NCBI GenBank assembly: GCA_030141605.1 | Contig: JAQGDQ010000027.1 | Coordinates: 372,001-436,000 of the forward strand | Source: Tubiluchus corallicola | Lineage: Eukaryota > Animalia > Priapulida | Direction of reading: 5' to 3' | DNA length: 64,000 nucleotides | Notes under the pieces: model-generated | Told to the model about the DNA's origin: nothing | The model's input: only the letters and a program-made list of their open reading frames with translations | Databases searched by the model: none | Program-made: the position numbers and the translations under genes | Shown here: positions 14,400 through 24,355 of the stretch, in pieces | How positions within the stretch are numbered: position 1 is the first letter of the stretch | Layout of the letters: every line of letters begins with the position of its first letter

Positions 14400-15555
14400 T
14401 TAACTGCATTTCTGATTTGCAGATAAACTTTACATTGCCAAAATACTTGCTGAATGTCAAATTTCTAGTAAGAACTAATTGTCGTGTTTGATATGTGATG
14501 TTTATGGTAAATTCCAAAAAAATCTTAAACCGTTTATTATCCGTACACTTATGTGCTTAAATAACACGTATGAAATTGTAAAGGATATGTTATTTAATTA
14601 AAAGTTAAAACACCATCTCAAATTACCAAGTAAATCACCCTAGAATCTTTAGCACTTTGCGAAAAACCACCTGGCAAATCAAAAGCAACTTGGATAGCTA
14701 AGATAAAAAAAATGTTTAAGTGTTTCAATCAAATCTTGGCTTTAGGAGCAGAAGAAGTTATGCTGCTAGCTGCAGATAGGAGAGAGTGGAGTGCTGTAAT
14801 AAAATTTAATTATTATGTCTAACAACAGACAGAGTGAGAATTTGATGATGACGATAAATGATAAAATATAATTTCCATTCAGAGTTAGACCTTATATTAT
14901 CATAATGCTTTCTAAGTGTCAAATTTCGTGTAAGAAAATTTTTTTATTATGTGCACAATGGCTATGATTGTAAATTCCACAGTATCCTGTAATTATTATT
15001 ATCACCATATTCATGTTCTTTAATAATACATATGAAATGGTAATGCAATTTCCAAATTCTTGTGTGTAGAATATTAGAAACAGGGCAAAATAATTTGCAT
15101 ACAGGTCAGCAAGTATTTGTTGTTCAAATTTATACGTAAGTTTAGCAAGTTCTAATTTATATATATATCTTTACCACGTTTTTACTATAGTTGCAGTATA
15201 TGACAATCACGCCTAAATTAACTGAAAGAAATAAATTCACAAAGCTGTTCCACATAGCAATACAAAAGCACTCTAGTAGTGTAGTTACTGATTTTGCCCG
15301 TTCTTGTTCCTGGGTCACTACTAGTACATATGGAAGCCCACACGTAACTTCCTATTCATCCCTCGTAATATGTAGTAGTCAAGTGTCTATCTGTGAGCGT
15401 TTTGGAGTTATAAGCCTCCAAAGTGCATACTCCTAAGCACTATTTTGTGACATTTTAGTGTCCTGGTTCAATGGGCCAAAATGCAAAATTTTATAAAAAT
15501 GCCCAAAGCGCTGTAAAAATGGTCCAAAACATCATTCCCGAACGTTTGGCATAAT

Positions 15556-16624
15556 AAATTTAATAATTGTTTGATGTGATAGTTAAATATTCACAAGCAA
15601 CAACAATTTAATGCAAAGTATAATAAATTTAACAATCGTTTGATGTGATAGTTACATATACACAAGCAGTAAAAATTTAATGCAATGTATAACAAATTTA
15701 ACAATTGTTTGATGTGATTGTTAAATATACATAAGCAACAATAATTTAATGCAGAGCGTAAAAAATTTAACAATCGTTTGATGTGATAGTTAAATATACA
15801 CAAGCAGTAAAAATTTAATGCAATGTATAACAAATTTAACAATTGTTTGATGTGATAGTTAAATGTACATAAGCAACAATAATTTAATGCAAAGCGATAC
15901 AAATTTAACAATTGTTTGATGTGATAGTTATCACAAGCAACAACAATTTAATGCAAAGTATATTAAATTTAATAATTGTATGATGTGATAGTTAAATATA
16001 CACAAGCAACAACAATTAAATGCAAAGTATAACAAATTTAACAATCGTTCGATGTGATGGTTAAATATACACAAGAAGTAAAAAGTTAATGCAATGTATA
16101 ACAAATTTAACAATTGTTTGATGTGATAGTTAAATATTCACAAGCAACAACAATTTAATGCAAAGTATAATAAATTTAACAATTGTTTGATGTGATAGTT
16201 AAATATTCACAAGCAACAACAAATTAATGCAAAGTATAATAAATTTAATAATTGTTTGATGTGATTCTTAAATATACATAAGCAACAATAATTTAATGCA
16301 AAGCGTAATAAATTTAACAATTGTTTGATGTGATAGTTATCACAAGCAACAACAATTTAATGCAAAGTAAATTAAATTTAATAATTGTTTAATGTGATAG
16401 TTAAATATACACAAGCAACAACAATTAAATGCAAAGTATAACAAATTTAACAATTGTTCGATGTGATAGTTAAATATACACAAGGAGTAAAAATTTGATG
16501 CATTGTATAACAAATTTAACAATTGTTTGACGTGATAGTTAAATATACACAAGCAGTAAAAATTTAACACAAGGTACAATAAATTCAACAATTGTTTGCT
16601 CTGATAGTTAAATATACATAAGCA
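15556..16624. repeat. 69-bp minisatellite, about 15.5 copies
   Basis: Consensus aaatttaacaattgtttgatgtgatagttaaatatacacaagcaacaacaatttaatgcaaagtataac; the copies at 15901 and 16310 carry the same 5-bp deletion. Confidence 0.95.
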
Positions 16625-16893
16625 TATAAGTTTCAAGTTATAATTTATTACAACCAATTTATTACATGGTATAATTTGTTTGTTACACCTAAGATCGAGC
16701 TGATTTTACATAAAGTTTTTTGATTAGACTAAAACTTTTTCTACAACAATATTAAATGCAATGTAGGTAATAGTGGTCAGCTTCGTGAGCCTCTTTAATA
16801 TACTGCCTGCTATAATGTATCATTATTTAAAATTTTCCACAGCAGTATATGAAGCAGAGGACATCTCAATGTCTCACAGTGAAACTAGCTTAT

Positions 16894-19800
16894 CTAACAA
16901 TCCATCTTATCTAGCTTATCTGAGCTAGATTCGGTGACTTTTCTGACCTTTCTGGCAGAGGTCTTCAATTTCGTCCAGGCATTTGAGAATTTGTACATTC
17001 TGACTGCTTTATCAAGTCCCTGTTCTCCATCATGTCCCTCTTGCATTTTCGTTCTTCTAATTTGCAAGTATAAATCTTGTATTTGCTTCTCATTAAGTGT
17101 CACCACACCGTTCTTTGTAGGCACAGTGTTTTCTTCAATGCGTTTTCTTATTCCATCTGCACATAAACTTGTTAGATACAGCAGAGGTACGCCTTCTACT
17201 GTCTTTGTCGTATACTCGTCCAGAACATTCACGTCATCCAGAGAGCAGTGCGGCATGGATTCATTTCTACAGCATTCTGATAGATATTGTAAAATACTAC
17301 TGACACGATTAACAGCATTTTCTTCACTCCACTGTTTCTCTTCAGAGATTTTCTTTACTTCATGAAGAAAAGCTGTTTTGATTAAATAGGAGTCTATCAG
17401 CTTGGTTGGTTGAAACATTAGAATATTAAGCAACCTTCCAATGTTGATGGTATCGATGATTTTGTCGAGACCTTCTTCATTAGATTGCAAAGGTTTTCCA
17501 TAAAGTTCTTCTTGCATTAGGGTTTTTGTAAGACGCATCACTGTTTTTCGTGTTTCTGGCAAGTTCTGTATTATTCTGCTTTCTTCTTGGCTTGATGACA
17601 GTGTCCATAAACTGTTGTCAACAATATTTTTAAAGGGCTTGCAAACGGCATGTAAATTAAAAGGTGGCAGATAGGAAGATTCTTGCAGTGTATGAGATGA
17701 TGGTAAAGAAGTTGATGCTTTTGATTCACTGTCACAAATTTCAATAGCAGGTGAAAAGTCTATGGCGACTGGTAAAGCTTTGTAAAACTCTCCATGATAA
17801 ACAGTGTTAAACCTTAGGCAAACTTTGTTGTATTCGATGTTTACAAAGGAAAGGTTTTCCTCACTAGTGACCACAGCTGCCATAGCTTCACATGTAATGG
17901 GTATAAATTTATCTTTAAGTGTGACTTGCAAATGCTTGCCATCACTGTGCTTAAAAATGCGTATAAGACCTGGAACATAGGTCTTGTCAATGGACACTCC
18001 ATTACTGAACTTCCTTAAAACAACAAGGAAGTCATACTCATCTGGCAAACCAATTTTTGTGCCAGATGAAGAACTTCCTACTAATATAGGAGAACAAATA
18101 AACTTCTGCTTGATTTCGCCAATTTTCTGACAAACGGTCTCCATAACAGTTGACACTTTTTGTGTGACGTCATCATTCTCTAAAACTTTTGGAAGATTTC
18201 CCAAAAACTTTATATCGAGTAGTCTAATTATTTTCTTACATCCTGCAATATCTTTTTCAGTAGGTGACAATGGTTCAAGTGTGCTTTCAAGCTTGTTGTG
18301 TATCTCAGATCTGGCACCTAATAAGTAGCCCACCGTTTCTTTATAGTCATCATTGAGTGTCATTACGTTCACTAAGCTTATGTACAATTCTAATGCTGTT
18401 AACCCTTTGTTATTTGGCTGTTCAAGATACGAGAGAATGGAAGTTTTCTTTCCAATGCAGTGTTGCACTATACATTGTACGATGCCACTCTTACATCCAA
18501 CATGGGTTTGTGCAGCTGCGTGTAGTGGCGTATCACCTTCATAATTGCAGATGCCTGGATCACTTCCGTTCTTTAGTAGAAGTTGAACCAGCTTTAAATT
18601 TTTCCTTTGGACAGCATAGTGTAGAGCTGTATTGCCAAACACATCCCTTTTGTTTATAAAATTATGTAACTCTGATTGTGGTCCTTCTTCTGTAGCAGTT
18701 GACTGATTGTTGGAGTCAAGCATTTTTGATAAATGTCGCAGTAAGGCTTGTGTAGTTTCTTTGCTGCCAGCTTTAGATGCAGCTGTGAGAGCTGTCTGTT
18801 CATCTCGGTCAGCTATTGTGCTGTTAGCACCATGAGAAAGTAATAATTTAACAATTTCGTGATGCCCGTTAGCAGCTGCAATCATCAGAGCAGTCACACC
18901 GTATACGTCAGATTCATTGCAATTAGTTCCACGTGACAGAAAACGTTCAACAGCTATTTTGACATTGTGCTTTGAAGCAAGCATGAGAATAGTCTGTTGT
19001 GTCTTATTATACTTATACAAAAAGTCTTCAGTGTAAAATAAATTACGTTGCGAATGACGTACTAAAAATGTGTCACCAAGATGTGGGTCTGCATTGCCAA
19101 AGCATACTAGCATGCTTGGGGCTTCCTCATCATTGTTATTTGCAGCAATTGAAAGTGGAGTCGCGCCGTCTTTGGTTTTGGCATTGCTGTCAGCACCAAA
19201 AGCCAGAAATTTCAACATGGCTGCATAATTGCCAGCTCGCGTAGCATACATGAGAGGCGTCCATCCATCCTCAGTACTGGCATTACAATCTGCGTTACTT
19301 CTAAGCAGCAAGTCAACCATTTGTTGGTTGTTATTTTTAGCTGCATACATAAGAGGTGTCCATCCATCTTTGGTACACACATTACAGTCTGCATTGCTAC
19401 TGAGCAGCAAATCAACCATTTGTTGGTTGTTATTCTTAGCGGCATACATAAGAGGCGTCCATCCGTCTTCGGTGCTGACATTACAATCAGCGCCGCTTCT
19501 GAGTAACAAGTGAACTGTGTGATGGTGGTCATTTTTAGCTGCGTGTAACAAAACAGTAAGTCCCTGCACATCAGCAACATCACAATCGGCACCATGAGCG
19601 AGTAACTGCGTTACTATGTCTCTTCTTCTTTCAAAAGCAGCTTCTTCAGCTTCTTTAGCTGCTTTCATGAGAGCAGTCTGTCCAACATTATCTCTGATAC
19701 TGCAGTCAGCACCACTAGAAAGTAAGAGTTCAACTACATTCATGTATCCTTGATAAGCTGCGTACATGAGGGCAGTCCGTCCAGTATTGTCACTGACATT

Positions 19801-20982
19801 GCAGTCAGCGCCACTAGAAAGTAAGACCTCAATGACATTTATGTGTCCCCTAAAAGCTGCTTCCATGAGAGCAGTCCAACCAATCATGTTTATTTCATTA
19901 CAGTTAGCGCCACTGGAAAGTAAAAGCTGAACTATGTTTACATGTCCATTAGCCGCTGCTTCCGTGAGAGCAGTCCGTCCATCGTTGTCACTGGCATTAC
20001 AGTTCGCACAACTGGAAAGTAAGAGCTCAACTATATTGACATGTCCTTTTAACGCTGCTTCCATGAGAGCAGTTCGTCCATTTTTGCCACTCATGTTGCA
20101 GCTAGCGCCGGCAGAAAGTAAGGGTCGAACTATATTTACGTATCCTTTTAAAGCTGCTTCCATGAGAGCAGTCTGTCCATTTTTGTCACTAACATTGCAG
20201 TTAGCACCTTTAGAAAGTAAAAGCTCAACTACATCCACGTGTTCGTTATAAGCTGCCCACATGAGAGCAGTCCGTCCTTTTTTGTCACTGATGTTGCAAT
20301 CAGCGCCACTAGAAAGTAGGAGCTGAACTACATCTACGTGTCCATCAAAAGCTGCTTTTGTGAGAGCAGTCAAACCATACTTGTTACCAACATTGTAGTT
20401 AGCGCCACTAGAAAGTAAAAGTTTTGCTACATCAATGTGTCCTCTTGAAGCTGCTTTCATGAGAGCAGTCTCCCCAGCATTATTACTGATGCTGCAGTCA
20501 GCACCACTAGAAAGTAGAAGCTGAACTACATCCACGTGTCTCCGATCAGCTGCTTTCATGAGTGCAGTCTGTCCATCATAATTTTCACTAATATTACAAT
20601 TAGTGCCGCTAGCAAGCAAGAGTTCTGCTACATCTTTGTGTCCATGGTGAGCTGCAAAAATGAGAGCCGTCCATCCAATATCATCTCTAACATTACAATT
20701 AGCGCCACTAGAAAGTAAGACCTTTGCTACGTTCATGTGTCCATTATAAGCTGCACACATAAGAGCAGTTATGCCATACTTATCGCTGACATTACAGTCA
20801 GCGCCACTAGAAAGCAAATGATGCACTGCATCTGTTTCTCCTTTCAAAGCTGCTTCAATGATAGCTGCTTGTCCTCTCCTGTCTTTTCTAGAATTACACT
20901 CAGCGCTCTCAGTGAGCAAAAGCTCATCATCAGGTGCTGTTTCCTGTAGTCTTCTATATTTAGATAGTGGCGCTTCCTCCAT
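16894..20982 (-). CDS. Ankyrin-repeat array fused to a Mab-21/cGAS-like nucleotidyltransferase (candidate cGLR), 1362 aa
   Basis: One uninterrupted ORF; ATG in AAGATGG context with an in-frame TGA shortly upstream. About 23-24 GxTALxxAAxxG...LL..GA repeats, then LVGSSSSGTKIGLPDEYDFLVVL, AIDFSPAI, WTLSSSQEE, RLTKTL, IDSYLIKTAFLH, LQYLSECC...MPH...NVL, matching the Mab-21/cGAS motif order. AATAAA on the minus strand at 16644-16649 and 16658-16663. Confidence 0.93.
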   Translation of the reverse strand: MEEAPLSKYRRLQETAPDDELLLTESAECNSRKDRRGQAAIIEAALKGETDAVHHLLSSGADCNVSDKYGITALMCAAYNGHMNVAKVLLSSGANCNVRDDIGWTALIFAAHHGHKDVAELLLASGTNCNISENYDGQTALMKAADRRHVDVVQLLLSSGADCSISNNAGETALMKAASRGHIDVAKLLLSSGANYNVGNKYGLTALTKAAFDGHVDVVQLLLSSGADCNISDKKGRTALMWAAYNEHVDVVELLLSKGANCNVSDKNGQTALMEAALKGYVNIVRPLLSAGASCNMSGKNGRTALMEAALKGHVNIVELLLSSCANCNASDNDGRTALTEAAANGHVNIVQLLLSSGANCNEINMIGWTALMEAAFRGHINVIEVLLSSGADCNVSDNTGRTALMYAAYQGYMNVVELLLSSGADCSIRDNVGQTALMKAAKEAEEAAFERRRDIVTQLLAHGADCDVADVQGLTVLLHAAKNDHHHTVHLLLRSGADCNVSTEDGWTPLMYAAKNNNQQMVDLLLSSNADCNVCTKDGWTPLMYAAKNNNQQMVDLLLRSNADCNASTEDGWTPLMYATRAGNYAAMLKFLAFGADSNAKTKDGATPLSIAANNNDEEAPSMLVCFGNADPHLGDTFLVRHSQRNLFYTEDFLYKYNKTQQTILMLASKHNVKIAVERFLSRGTNCNESDVYGVTALMIAAANGHHEIVKLLLSHGANSTIADRDEQTALTAASKAGSKETTQALLRHLSKMLDSNNQSTATEEGPQSELHNFINKRDVFGNTALHYAVQRKNLKLVQLLLKNGSDPGICNYEGDTPLHAAAQTHVGCKSGIVQCIVQHCIGKKTSILSYLEQPNNKGLTALELYISLVNVMTLNDDYKETVGYLLGARSEIHNKLESTLEPLSPTEKDIAGCKKIIRLLDIKFLGNLPKVLENDDVTQKVSTVMETVCQKIGEIKQKFICSPILVGSSSSGTKIGLPDEYDFLVVLRKFSNGVSIDKTYVPGLIRIFKHSDGKHLQVTLKDKFIPITCEAMAAVVTSEENLSFVNIEYNKVCLRFNTVYHGEFYKALPVAIDFSPAIEICDSESKASTSLPSSHTLQESSYLPPFNLHAVCKPFKNIVDNSLWTLSSSQEESRIIQNLPETRKTVMRLTKTLMQEELYGKPLQSNEEGLDKIIDTINIGRLLNILMFQPTKLIDSYLIKTAFLHEVKKISEEKQWSEENAVNRVSSILQYLSECCRNESMPHCSLDDVNVLDEYTTKTVEGVPLLYLTSLCADGIRKRIEENTVPTKNGVVTLNEKQIQDLYLQIRRTKMQEGHDGEQGLDKAVRMYKFSNAWTKLKTSARKVRKVTESSSDKLDKMDC

Positions 20983-21330
20983 CTTGTTCTGAGATAAGAA
21001 TCACAACGTGTTGTGTGCCCAAACGTGATATTTCCCCGCAGGATAAGCTTCACAGTGCCACCTATAGAAAAAACGGGTATTATGAGTTTAACCGACCCAG
21101 TGTGAGTTTTTCATGATATTACAGTCGGAGTTTTTTATTATTCAAATCATTGTTTAGCAAACTAAATCATATCAGATGTATTTCTCAAACAAGAAGCAAT
21201 ATGACTAATCAAAAATCAACAGAAAAATCACTTCATCATCCATTCTTCATGTTCATCAACATGTACAATATTCCAGCATTGATCTCGCTTTGATTTCCTT
21301 CTTTTACAGATATTAAATATCACGAACGAT

Positions 21331-21388
21331 CAACAACAACAAAAGCAACAGCAGCAGCAGCAGCTCCAACAGCAGCAACAGCAGCAGC

Positions 21389-21424
<36 letters not shown>

Positions 21425-21437
21425 AATAATAATAATA
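21331..21437. repeat. Compound (CAA/CAG)n-(TAA)n microsatellite
   Basis: Directly visible; produces the spurious poly-Cys ORF 21330-21551. Confidence 0.95.
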
Positions 21438-21690
21438 AAAGTAATAAAAAAAAATGATGAAGTAAAATATTACTTTATTTATTTCAATTGGCATTTCAAA
21501 AATTGTCGTTTTTAACTTTTGTCTGTCAGTTAGTTTAGAACCACCTGTCAAATTTCACAACGCTGGCATAAATAGATAGATGATAAAAGGGACGAATTCA
21601 TCTTTTATTTGTAATCATCATCTACTAGCAAATGTAGCAAATCTAATGTGACAATTTTTTAAGTTCATGTGTCACTTTCCAACAACTTAC

Positions 21691-22961
21691 CAGCTGTATC
21701 ACGATGCTGACAGATTTGACAGTGAAGAAAAACAGCTTAGCTACGATTAGCAATTCTCAACTGACGAAGCAACCTAAAAACACAAAAGATGATAACGGTG
21801 CATCAATAATAATACATTTTTTTACAATACAAAATAATATTGCATCTGAAATTTCATGAAATAACTCTTAAACATAGTCGAATAGGAATCTGAACCAGGT
21901 AAACACAGATAACACAGAGTAAAAAACAAAACAGCCAATGAAACCTACCAATGTTAAATGATATAAAACAATTGAAACCCCGAAATCGAGATTTTTTGAA
22001 AGTCAGTGAGTTATAATATTTTGCAATCACTTACCTGATGGAACTTGTTAATTAATATCAACACATCAGTCACGCTCACAGCTTCTCTGCGGTCTCTCTC
22101 GCAAAAAAACTGAAAAAACAAAACTTATAATAGTGTGTTTTTGTGTCTCACGTCTCAAAGCCATGCATTCATGAGTCCTTCCCCAAAGGTATTCAAAATT
22201 CCTACACAGCACAGTAGTCTTATTTTTAATGCGTACTTAAAGTTCTGTGATCAATCAGTAATTAAATACCAAAAAAAACGGTTAGTAAGACCTTCGAAAG
22301 CTCGAAATTCGACAATATTTCGACTTCCTTAATGTTATTGCTGACCTCCAGTGTATGCAACCACTTGATACCAGGTGTCACTTGTGTCAGTGCAAAGGTG
22401 GTGGCAAACAAACAGTAAATCACAGTTGATCAAAAAAGCCAGGAAACAGAAAAGTGAAAAATAATCACAAGGGATTTTGTCTTTGCGTGGAGAGTGCTAC
22501 CCAAATGGATTTACTTAACAGTGCAACCCCAAATTCATGCATTCCAAAATGCTAACCTAAATCTATGTGCTTAAAAGTTCTGCCCTAAATCTATATTTTC
22601 AAGAGTGCTGTCCCAAATCTGTGTATTCAAAGATGTCACAAATGTACATTTTCGAAAGTCCTACCCAAATCTATGTACTCAAAACTGTTGTCCTAAATCT
22701 GTATGCCCACGAGAGGCTGGTTCGACATAAAGGTAATCTTTTTAATGATCAATTTTTGGTCAATTATCAAACAGTAATTAGTAGCTAACCAATCTTAGTC
22801 AATCTAAACCAAAGTTACATGAAGGTTTATACTGGTAAAACTGGAAAACCACCAAAATTTGACATTTGTAAACAAACTTCTGTGACTGACTTACCAGATG
22901 AAACTTGACAACAGACAGTAGGCTTGACCACAGCTCCTGATTATCAGTTATGGTGAGAAAT
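21691..22961 (-). other. Putative non-coding 5'UTR exons of the ANK-cGLR gene (22895-22961, 22035-22109, 21691-21773)
   Basis: Each has a polypyrimidine-AG acceptor and a perfect GTAAGT donor on the minus strand; the coding exon has an acceptor (tttttctatag) immediately upstream of 21061. Inferred from splice signals only. Confidence 0.55.
22490..22715. repeat. Degenerate minisatellite of about 28-29 bp, about 8 copies
   Basis: Recurring (a)aagtgct.cc(c/t)aaatct.tg motif. Confidence 0.65.
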
Positions 22962-23289
22962 CTGAAAGATGAAAAAGTAATCTGAGCACTATGTATCTCC
23001 TCTTGCTAATTAGGCCTACTGTGAAGGCATAAACAAATGAGACATTTACATGCTTTAAAAATATTTACACAGATGTATTAAGTGTACTTTCGAAGGAATC
23101 TAAAACATTTAGCAAACCTTGAATAACTCCAGGAATCTTAAAGTCAATAAAGATAAAAACCAAACTGTACAAAACTCACAGATTATCTGATAGCTTATAT
23201 AAAAGATAATTCTATCGTGTGTAAAGTAATAAACTGATTCTAGTGATGGATACGTCAAAACTCATAAGTCTGCTGCACTGCTGCTGGAA

Positions 23290-24171
23290 AAAAAAATAAT
23301 ATGAGAAAAGTCTGGAAAACAATCAAAGAGATAACTAATTACAAACTCAGAAACTAATTTTCTCCTAATGAAATCTACGATAATCTATAAGATATAGTTC
23401 AAATATTAAACAAATATTAGTAATATTAGACAAAATCTGGCAGATAAATTACAGCAAGCTAATACAAAATTTCATTCGTCTCTTCTTAATTCTATCCCAA
23501 TTTTTTTATGTCCAGTAATAGAAAATGAGAGATATATTCTACAATTAATCAATTATATAGCTGTAAATCGCCAGGTCCTGAGATTATTCCTACATATTAA
23601 TACAAAATAGCTGTTGATGCCATTACACCAATACTAATGATACTATTTAATAAATCTATTACAGAAGGAATTTTTTGTGATATTCTCAAACTCTAAAATA
23701 GTCCCAATCTATAAATGAGAATGTGCAGGAAATTCATCCAATTATAGTCCTTTATCCTTAACTGCTATCTCCAATTGCAAATTTATTTGAAAAATTAATT
23801 TATATAAGGCTGGATAATTTCTTACTGAAAAGCAATGTAATGTCAGATTACCAGTTCGGATTAAGGAAACGTCACTCGACTGTTTTAGCCGTTTCTGAAA
23901 TCACTAATAGAATACTCTATAATGTTGATAAAAACATTTCATTTGTGCACATTTCTAAAATATTTTAGAAACATGATATTTTAATGCAGAAAATGGAATA
24001 TTGCGGTGTAAGCGGACACTCCCGAAAATTGTTTATATCATATTTACAGAACCAGCAACAATATACATGTATCAGAAACATTAAGTCACAGCCAATGAAT
24101 GTTACTAGTGGAGTGCCCCAAGGTTCTATATTAGGCCCCTTCCTATTTCTGCTCTATATAAATGACCTTGT
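23290..24171 (+). mobile_element. Decayed CR1/L2-like LINE ORF2, 5' part of reverse transcriptase
   Basis: Frameshifted peptides KVWKTIKE, KSPGPE, YQFGLRKRHST, FISYLQNQQQY, SGVPQGSILGPFLFLLYINDL; interrupted by the LTR element at 24172. Confidence 0.9.
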
Positions 24172-24355
24172 TGTTACACGCTACAATAATATTAGCAACC
24201 AGACAAATGCATGCATAATAAAGTAGTATTTATTAAACTAATTATGAACTTAAACAAAGAAGATCAGAGCAGCATGACAGTCTAGAATGCAGAACCTTGC
24301 TAAGCAATCACCAAGATCGTTGATTTACACAAACCATATCTATGGTATTGTTACA
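24172..24355 (-). repeat. 3' LTR
   Basis: tgttacacgc...gtattgttaca; polypurine tract AAAGAAGGGAAGG adjoins it on the minus strand (24356-24368). Confidence 0.95.

Noticed and set aside
15556-16657. CRISPR array, or Cys-rich repeat proteins (ORFs 15591-15911, 15931-16113, 16340-16657)
   Set aside because: Units are contiguous with no unique spacers, there are no cas genes and the DNA is eukaryotic; the ORFs arise from a 69-bp period and are broken by 5-bp deletions.
16934-21053. Overlapping and antisense ORFs within the ANK-cGLR
   Set aside because: Shadow frames of the repetitive 99-bp coding sequence with no independent motifs.
21330-21551. Poly-Cys ORF
   Set aside because: Translation of a CAA/CAG microsatellite.
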